Of a stretch of 64,000 nt of DNA, positions 57,685 to 64,000 are shown piece after piece. The notes below the pieces were generated by a model. That model searched no databases. It was not told the origin of the DNA and saw nothing but the letters and a program-made list of their open reading frames with translations. The first letter of the stretch is position 1. Each line of letters opens with the position of its first letter. Location: contig JBCCVR010000004.1 of the NCBI GenBank assembly GCA_039194995.1, forward strand, positions 18,883-82,882, read 5' to 3'. The stretch is from Cyanobacteria bacterium P01_E01_bin.42. GTDB lineage: Bacteria; Cyanobacteriota; Cyanobacteriia; Cyanobacteriales; Spirulinaceae. The translations under genes were made by a program, and so were the position numbers.

Positions 57685-58497
57685 TTAACGAGTTCGAGAA
57701 GTTTTGTCCGGCCAAGCCTGTTGATAAGTTTCAATAAAATGAGCAAAGAATTGCCGTGCGGGTTCGCTGAGGGATGCCAAAATAGAGGGCGCGGAAAAAC
57801 ATGTGGGGGGCGGGATAAAATAACATTTTCCTCCCCAACCGTAAATAATATCTAGGGTTCGACGCGGTTTGTCGATATGATAGGAACCGCGATGAATGCC
57901 CCAAGCATGAAACAAACAAGCATCTCCCGATCGTAAATGAATTCGCTGGCGATCGGGCATATCAAAAAAGCTAGGATTTTTACCTTTGCGGATGTTAAAC
58001 TCAACTTCTGTATCCCAGCGTTTTTGCGAACCGGGAACGAATTCTAAGCGATCGTCTTCCAAAAAAGCAACGCGAAAATGAACGCCAGTCAATTCCTGCA
58101 TCCGTACTTTTTCGAGTTCGCTATCCGGCGCGTCAAATTGACTGTCGCGATGCCAATTTCCATCCCAAGATGCCCACTTAGGCTGATAGAAATATTGGCT
58201 GTTGTGGAAAAGGGGAGTCTCTCCAGCAATCTCTTCTAAAATACCTCTGATTTTACAGCCACCCATAAATTCTAGTAACTGAATTAACGGTGAAAAATCA
58301 TCTTGGAAATAGTGTGTTTCCGTGAGATAGGCAATATTGGTAACATCCTTGAAGTCTTCACTTGCTTGTCGTTTTGCTTGAATTTGTTCGAGGATACGAT
58401 CGCAAATTCCTCTTAATTGCTCTACTTCAGTTTCATCGATAAAATTAGGAAAAATAATATATCCATCTCGATACCACTGGGTTTTTAGATTCTCCAT
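57685..58497 (-). CDS. phytanoyl-CoA dioxygenase (PhyH)-family Fe(II)/2-oxoglutarate oxygenase-like protein
   Basis: WHRD.QFD (HxD) and FHAWGIHRG (distal His/Arg) pattern. Confidence 0.55.
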   Translation of the reverse strand: MENLKTQWYRDGYIIFPNFIDETEVEQLRGICDRILEQIQAKRQASEDFKDVTNIAYLTETHYFQDDFSPLIQLLEFMGGCKIRGILEEIAGETPLFHNSQYFYQPKWASWDGNWHRDSQFDAPDSELEKVRMQELTGVHFRVAFLEDDRLEFVPGSQKRWDTEVEFNIRKGKNPSFFDMPDRQRIHLRSGDACLFHAWGIHRGSYHIDKPRRTLDIIYGWGGKCYFIPPPTCFSAPSILASLSEPARQFFAHFIETYQQAWPDKTSRTR

Positions 58498-58504
58498 TGC
58501 ACAA

Positions 58505-58765
58505 TTATTCCTCTAACGGATTGATATTCTCCATCTTGACTTTTTCTTGTTGGATATCGCGATAGCGGAGTTCTAAAAAAGCGATCGCCTCAGAAGGATG
58601 AAAATAAATTTGTGGAACGCCCCGCACGATTAATATCCAGCGTTCTTCACGCTGCTCGAGAAACCAACTCTTACTTGTATCTCGAGGAAAAATTTGCCAG
58701 TCTTGATTGTTTTGCCCGCAAGAAAATCCCCATAGTCGAGCTTGATTTATCACAGTATCAATCAT
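58505..58765 (-). CDS. small hypothetical protein
   Basis: ORF immediately downstream of the PhyH-like gene on the same strand. Confidence 0.35.
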   Translation of the reverse strand: MIDTVINQARLWGFSCGQNNQDWQIFPRDTSKSWFLEQREERWILIVRGVPQIYFHPSEAIAFLELRYRDIQQEKVKMENINPLEE

Positions 58766-58935
58766 AAAAAGGAACTGGCACGCTTTTTTTGTGCAGTTTG
58801 GTGCAGTAAAATTTTACACTCTTATTCAATCTAAAATGTGGGGTTAATTTTGACAAGAGTTTAAGTTTTTTTTAACTCATTCTTAACCTCTTATTTGTGT
58901 TGCCCATCTAGGAGTATAGATGATTTGCAAACGGT

Positions 58936-59823
58936 TCAAACGTCTTGGCGCAATCGCAAAATAGCCCCTTTGACAGCATCGTATTGAGGCGGAACGAGAC
59001 GCGATCGCAAATTCTCTCCCAGCCAAGGTTCGAGGGAAGAGGCGAGACCTCCCAACAAGGCACAGGGAAGGGGGTAGCTTGTTTTGGCCGCCAAGGCCTC
59101 GCCAATGCGATCGATTTCCCTTGCAGCTTGCAACATCAGTTCGATCGCGAGGGGGGTTTCTTGTCGTGCCTGTTCCACCACAATCGGAGCGAGTTCGGCA
59201 AATTGAGTCGATTTTGCTTGATTCGCCCAGATAATAAACTGCGTCCAATCTTGCTGAAAATGTGTCAAAATGGCTTCGATCAAGGGAGAATTCTCCCTAC
59301 GTCCGTCTTGCCAATGTAAGGTTGCCCGCACTGCTTCCAGTCCCAACCACGCCCCGCTTCCTTCATCTCCTTGAGGAAAGCCCCAACCGCTAACCCGAGA
59401 GATCTGACCCGCTTCAGCTTGATAGGCGACAACCCCAGTTCCGATCGCGATAACCGCCCCATCTTTGCCCCCATGCGCCCCGATACAAGAAATATAGCCA
59501 TCAGACTCTAAAATTAATTTGCGGAAGGGATGGGGATGGGCAAGGAATTCCTCGCAAGCAGAGGGAACTTGAGTGCCCGCCAACCCCGCACAACAGAAAA
59601 AATTGCAGGCTCGGGCATTGAGGGGGATTTGTGTCGGTAAAAGTGCTTGTTCGAGGGCATCGAGAATCGATTGCCACGTATTTTCTACCGAGAGGCGAAT
59701 ATTAGAAGAACCGCTTTTTCCTTCTCCTAAAAGATTGCCCTTTTCGTCTTCTATCCGAACGACGGTTTTCGTTGCGCCCCCATCCACGCCAATAAAAAGA
59801 TTGGGGAGTTTCCCAGTTTGCAT
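58936..59823 (-). CDS. BadF/BadG/BcrA/BcrD-type ATPase (N-acetylglucosamine kinase-like)
   Basis: LFIGVDGGATKT N-terminal phosphate-1 motif and ASKHA fold pattern. Confidence 0.7.
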   Translation of the reverse strand: MQTGKLPNLFIGVDGGATKTVVRIEDEKGNLLGEGKSGSSNIRLSVENTWQSILDALEQALLPTQIPLNARACNFFCCAGLAGTQVPSACEEFLAHPHPFRKLILESDGYISCIGAHGGKDGAVIAIGTGVVAYQAEAGQISRVSGWGFPQGDEGSGAWLGLEAVRATLHWQDGRRENSPLIEAILTHFQQDWTQFIIWANQAKSTQFAELAPIVVEQARQETPLAIELMLQAAREIDRIGEALAAKTSYPLPCALLGGLASSLEPWLGENLRSRLVPPQYDAVKGAILRLRQDV

Positions 59824-59891
59824 GAATCAATCCCGAAGCAATTTGTTAGATTTGATGTTTCAATGCTATTTAACAATATCCTGCCATCGCC

Positions 59892-60821
59892 ATGAGAAAA
59901 ACCTTTATTAATACCCTAGTCGAACTCGCCGATCGAGATCGCCGCATTGTCTTGTTGACTGGCGATCTCGGTTATACGGTTATCGAACCCTTTGCCCAAA
60001 GATTTCCGGATCGCTTTTTTAATGTTGGCGTGGCGGAACAAAATATGGTGGGTTTGGCAACGGGTTTGGCAGAAGCGGGATTTATTCCTTTTCTCTATTC
60101 GATTGCCACATTTGCCGTGTTGCGCCCCTATGAATTTATCCGCAATGGTGCGATTTTGCATCGATTTCCCCTGCGAATTCTCGGCATTGGTGGCGGTTTT
60201 GAATACGGTCACGCGGGCATTACCCATCATGCTTTAGAAGATATCGGCGTGATGAGAATTCAACCCGGAATTACGACGATTGTTCCCGCAGATTATCGAC
60301 AAACGCGATCGGCTTTATTACAAACTTGGGATTTGCCCGAACCTATTTATTTTCGCTTGGGAAAAGACGATATTAATGAGATTGTTGGGTTAAATGGGAA
60401 TTTCGTTTTAGGACAAACGCAAATTTTAGGAGAAGGAACGGATTTATTATTCATTACCCTAGGAAGTATTGCCCGCGAAGTTAGTCAGGCAATGGAGATT
60501 TTAGCCAGCGAAGGGGTTTCAACGCAAATCATGGTTGTCTCTAGTTTTAATCCTTCTCCAGTCGAAGATATTGTCAAGATTTTGCCGAGATTTAAAGCAG
60601 CAATTTCTGTAGAAGAACATTATATTTCGGGCGGATTGGGATCTTTTGTCGCCGAGGCGATCGCAGAAAATAAGTTAAACTGTTGCTTACACCGTTGCGG
60701 TATCAAGGCACAACCCAATGGCATATCGGGAAACCGCGATTATTTACTTGCTTTACATGGACTATCCGTAGAACATCTCGTCCAAAATGCTAAAACAATG
60801 CTGAATCAAATAGAAGAATAA
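59892..60821 (+). CDS. transketolase C-terminal subunit (split transketolase, pyrimidine-binding and C-terminal domains)
   Basis: FNVGVAEQNMVGLATGLA, LTGDLGY. 309 aa, the typical size of TktB-type split subunits. No adjacent N-terminal subunit gene. Confidence 0.8.
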   Translation: MRKTFINTLVELADRDRRIVLLTGDLGYTVIEPFAQRFPDRFFNVGVAEQNMVGLATGLAEAGFIPFLYSIATFAVLRPYEFIRNGAILHRFPLRILGIGGGFEYGHAGITHHALEDIGVMRIQPGITTIVPADYRQTRSALLQTWDLPEPIYFRLGKDDINEIVGLNGNFVLGQTQILGEGTDLLFITLGSIAREVSQAMEILASEGVSTQIMVVSSFNPSPVEDIVKILPRFKAAISVEEHYISGGLGSFVAEAIAENKLNCCLHRCGIKAQPNGISGNRDYLLALHGLSVEHLVQNAKTMLNQIEE

Positions 60822-60879
60822 CCGAACGCACAATGATATAAAATAATTAATTAGATCGATCAAAAAGGATAAATAAATA

Positions 60880-61569
60880 ATGTCTGAATTCAAAAATAAA
60901 GTTAAAACAGATTTTGAAACGTTTGCGTTTGATTACGATGGTTTGATTCCCAAACTCATTCCCCACTATCGCGAACAACATCAATTAATGGTCGATCTGA
61001 TTCCCTGCGATCGCGCTACTTCCCTCAAAGTCCTCGACTTGGGGACAGGAACGGGAATTTTATCCTATTTTATTTTGAAAAACTTTGCCAATGCGAAAAT
61101 TTTTGCTTTAGATTTGGCGAAAAATATGCTGGAAGTTGCTCGCAAAAATCTAGCAGAGTATAGCGATCGCATTACATTTCAGCGAGGAGATTTTTCCGAA
61201 TGCGATCTGGGAACGGGTTACGACCTCATTATTTCCGGACTGGCAATTCATCACCTCGACGATCCGCAAAAGCAACGCTTATTTGCTACAATTTTTCAGG
61301 CTTTGAAACCGGGAGGAATCTTTCTCGATCGCGATATCGTCTTGGGTGCAACTCCTGCATTAACCCAACAATACGAACAACTTTGGCGAGACTACATAGC
61401 CTCTAATGGAGAAGATAGCCAGCGCTGGTTTAAGAGCTATCTCGAACAAGATATTCCTGCTTCATCAGAAGACCAAATACAATGGTTAAAAGAAGTTGGA
61501 TTTGTTGATGTTAGCTGTCATTGGCGCTATCTCAATTTTGCTATTTTTGGCGGATGCAAACCCAACTAA
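60880..61569 (+). CDS. class I SAM-dependent methyltransferase
   Basis: VLDLGTGTGIL motif I, post-I acidic residue, LKPGG motif. Confidence 0.8.
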   Translation: MSEFKNKVKTDFETFAFDYDGLIPKLIPHYREQHQLMVDLIPCDRATSLKVLDLGTGTGILSYFILKNFANAKIFALDLAKNMLEVARKNLAEYSDRITFQRGDFSECDLGTGYDLIISGLAIHHLDDPQKQRLFATIFQALKPGGIFLDRDIVLGATPALTQQYEQLWRDYIASNGEDSQRWFKSYLEQDIPASSEDQIQWLKEVGFVDVSCHWRYLNFAIFGGCKPN

Positions 61570-61608
61570 ACAATTACAGAGTCACTTTCCTGTTTTAAGA
61601 CGCTTTCG

Positions 61609-62316
61609 ATGATCCAAATTTCTATTATTTTGCCTGTTTACAATCAAGCCGATCATATTGGCGCGATCGTGCAAGAATATGAAGAAGCCTTAACCAATAT
61701 TCAGAACCCTCACGAACTCATTTTAGTGGTGAATAATTGCCGCGATCGCTCTCTGGAAGTGTGTCAAGTATTGGCAAGTCAATATTCATCAATTCGCATC
61801 GTTCATAGCGAAGAAGGAGGCTGGGGATTAGCGGTTAAATTGGGAATTGCTGCGGCAAAGGGAGATTTGATCTGTTATACTAATTCTGCCAGAACCAGTG
61901 CTAAAGACTTGACATTATTGTTACTTTATGCAGTGGTTTATCCTCAAGTTATTATCAAAGCAAATCGTAAAATTCGAGATAATTGGTTTCGCCGTTTGGG
62001 GTCGTTGTTCTATAACTTAGAATGTCGAACTTTATTCGATCTGTCTTATTGGGATATTAATGGAACGCCCAAGATATTTCCCCGACAGTGCGATCGCCTC
62101 CTCCACTTAACGCGCGATGACGATCTCATTGATGTAGAATTTAATATTATTTGTCGGCAAGAAAACTATCCCGTCCTAGAAGTCCCCATCTTTTCAACCT
62201 CCCGTCACGGTGGGCGATCGACCACCAATATTAACTCAGCATTCAAGTTATATTGGGGTGCCTTACAAATCTGGACAAATAGAAAGAATAAGAACTTACA
62301 AGAAAATGGGAAATAA
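61609..62316 (+). CDS. glycosyltransferase family 2
   Basis: ISIILPVYNQ N-terminus and DxD-type GT-A fold pattern. Confidence 0.7.
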   Translation: MIQISIILPVYNQADHIGAIVQEYEEALTNIQNPHELILVVNNCRDRSLEVCQVLASQYSSIRIVHSEEGGWGLAVKLGIAAAKGDLICYTNSARTSAKDLTLLLLYAVVYPQVIIKANRKIRDNWFRRLGSLFYNLECRTLFDLSYWDINGTPKIFPRQCDRLLHLTRDDDLIDVEFNIICRQENYPVLEVPIFSTSRHGGRSTTNINSAFKLYWGALQIWTNRKNKNLQENGK

Positions 62317-63490
62317 AACGCCAGATAAACAACAAATATGGGAACAGCATTATCAAGAATGGCGAGATCCCATGCAAATTACTTCCCAATGGCAAGAAGC
62401 CTCAGAAACCGATCGCAAACTCCTAGAATACGAAGTAATAGGAGATTGGTGGGAGATTCTAGAACAATGTAATATTACCCTGTTGGTGACGCGAGAATAC
62501 GAGCATTTGTTAATGGGAATAGGGGTTAAAGAAGGCAGACCGAGAATGACGTATACCAGAATGCCCCATCCATCCGGTTTAACCGTCGATCGCGATCGCG
62601 GTATCGTTCATATTGCCAGCACCCGCAACCCCAATCAAATCTACGATCTAATGCCCGTTCGCGATACATTATCCCGGTTGGATATACCGGGAGAAATACG
62701 AGAAGATTGCCCCTTAATTCCAGTGCGATCGCATTTTTATCCCGGATGCTTATACATTCACGATTTAGCAATTATTGGGGAGAATTTATATGCCAATGCA
62801 GTCGGACATAATGCGATCGCATTATTGGGAAAAGATAGCGCTTATGAGCGAGTTTGGCATCCTCGCTGTATTGAAGTCAACGAACAGCCCATATTCGGAC
62901 AAAATCACATTCAACTCAACTCGATTGCTGCGGGAGATAGTCTCGAAACGTCCTATTTTTCTGCCTCTTGTGCGGAAATTTCCGAGTTGCGTCCCGGACA
63001 CCCGGATTTTCCCGTTGACAGACGCGGGGTTATCTTTTCGGGTCAAACAAGAGAACCGATTGTTAGCGGGCTAACGCGCCCCCATTCTGCCCGATTGTAC
63101 GAAAATAAACTTTGGGTCGATAATAGCGGTTATGGGGAATTTGGCATCGTAGAAAACGGGAAATTTACCGTTGTTTCTCGACTCCTCGGATGGACGAGAG
63201 GATTGTGTTTTTACGATCGCATTGCCTTTGTGGGAACCTCTCGCGTCATTCCTCGCTTTCGTCAATATGCCCCCGGTTTGGATGTCGAAAAAAGCGTTTG
63301 CGGTTTGCACGCGATCGATGTACCATCGGGAAACATTTTAGGCAGTTTAATTTGGCCTTATGGCAATCAAATTTTTGCCCTTGATTGGGTAGAGCATCAG
63401 TTTAGTTCGGGTTTTCCTTTCCTTGTTGAGGAAGAACGCGATCGGGATCGAGATATTAAACTATTTTACTCCTTCGTTGTCGATCGCTGA
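62306..63490 (+). CDS. hypothetical protein (about 395 aa)
   Basis: Start placed at the ATG overlapping the GT2 stop; no family recognised. Confidence 0.45.
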   Translation: MGNKTPDKQQIWEQHYQEWRDPMQITSQWQEASETDRKLLEYEVIGDWWEILEQCNITLLVTREYEHLLMGIGVKEGRPRMTYTRMPHPSGLTVDRDRGIVHIASTRNPNQIYDLMPVRDTLSRLDIPGEIREDCPLIPVRSHFYPGCLYIHDLAIIGENLYANAVGHNAIALLGKDSAYERVWHPRCIEVNEQPIFGQNHIQLNSIAAGDSLETSYFSASCAEISELRPGHPDFPVDRRGVIFSGQTREPIVSGLTRPHSARLYENKLWVDNSGYGEFGIVENGKFTVVSRLLGWTRGLCFYDRIAFVGTSRVIPRFRQYAPGLDVEKSVCGLHAIDVPSGNILGSLIWPYGNQIFALDWVEHQFSSGFPFLVEEERDRDRDIKLFYSFVVDR

Positions 63491-63547
63491 GGCATAAAAC
63501 CTACAGAGAATTTTCTTCCCATTCACCATTATCCATTACCCTCAAAA

Positions 63548-64000
63548 ATGCAAAATTTTAAATTTTTAATGCTTGGTGCAATGTATGAAAATGGTGGCAA
63601 TACCACGCACCGTTTTCTCGACGGACACCCCCAGATGTTTGTTTATCCCTTTGAATCCCAAATTGGGACGAGATTGGTTAGCGATCGCATGGCTTCAATT
63701 TTTCCCGTTAAATATCGTTATCCCGTGTTTTCTCTCGATGCGACATCCTATCAAGATTATAAAGCCATTATTGACGAAGAAGGAAAAGTTAGAGCCAGAA
63801 CACCTCACGTGAGCAAATTTCGTCATATGAAATTTGATTTTAATGACGACGAACGCTGCGAAATTTATCAAAAATATATCCAAGAAACCGGGCGATCGCG
63901 TGCTAATAATGTCGCGGCTTTCTTTCGTTCCACTTTTGATGCTTGGAAAGATTACAAACGCACGGGAAAAGAAGAATTCTACGTGGGATATAGTCCTATA
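63548..64000 (+). CDS. hypothetical protein, 3' truncated by window edge
   Basis: ATG at 63548 opens a frame without stops to the window end (MQNFKFLMLGAMYENGGNTTHRFLDGHPQMFVYPFESQ...). The ORF-track TTG ORF at 63573 is in another frame and was rejected. Confidence 0.4.
   Translation, partial: MQNFKFLMLGAMYENGGNTTHRFLDGHPQMFVYPFESQIGTRLVSDRMASIFPVKYRYPVFSLDATSYQDYKAIIDEEGKVRARTPHVSKFRHMKFDFNDDERCEIYQKYIQETGRSRANNVAAFFRSTFDAWKDYKRTGKEEFYVGYSPI

Noticed and set aside
63573-63812. ORF-track TTG-start 79-aa ORF
   Set aside because: A different frame from the ATG at 63548 stays open to the window end and has a more protein-like translation.

Overview
This 64 kb window reads as cyanobacterial chromosome. 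The octameric HIP1 palindrome GCGATCGC is scattered densely through most genes, and a kaiA-kaiB-kaiC clock cluster, XisH/XisI, Uma2 and a CyaB-type GAF adenylate cyclase are present. Coding density is high, with about 65 supportable CDSs. I found no rRNA, tRNA or CRISPR array.

Housekeeping and recognisable genes:
- polA
- dnaK with a downstream Hsp20
- kaiABC
- fused pstCA plus pstB, preceded by a three-repeat Pho box
- proA and folB
- a Zn-dependent alcohol dehydrogenase and an FAD-linked oxidase
- a Tat-exported Mo-bisPGD oxidoreductase whose Mo-ligand region looks Nap/Nas-like
- an RmlD-like reductase, a BadF-type sugar kinase, a split-transketolase C-terminal subunit, a SAM methyltransferase and a GT2 glycosyltransferase

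Unusual content:
1. A full-length major vault protein (MVP) homologue (37619-40204). It is collinear with metazoan MVP and carries internal HIP1 sites, so it looks like a long-resident horizontally acquired gene.
2. A tight operon (about 606-5114) encoding a membrane-anchored tandem 3/3 globin, a NapC/NrfH-like membrane tetra/pentaheme cytochrome c, a periplasmic hexaheme cytochrome c, a Tll0287-like single-heme lipoprotein, a His-rich 4-TM protein and a secreted thioredoxin-like protein. This is a putative, previously uncharacterised periplasmic electron-transfer/globin module.
3. A five-gene minus-strand operon (8356-11375) in which two paralogous copies of a two-gene cassette (a 64-73 aa protein plus a 129-178 aa protein, unknown families) flank an AT-rich, HIP1-free pentapeptide-repeat gene.
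4. An HNH nuclease immediately followed by an 851 aa SF2 (ResIII-like) helicase with a consensus sigma70-like promoter.
5. A Ras-like small GTPase with two N-terminal TM helices immediately downstream of polA.
6. Two tandem Tat-lipoprotein agmatine-deiminase/PAD-family paralogues, and two tandem TM+TPR paralogues.
7. A kaiA-divergent 1029 aa histidine kinase with pseudo-receiver domains and a coding (ERDT)x4 repeat.

All functional calls rest on motif reading and remembered family signatures. No database searches were run.
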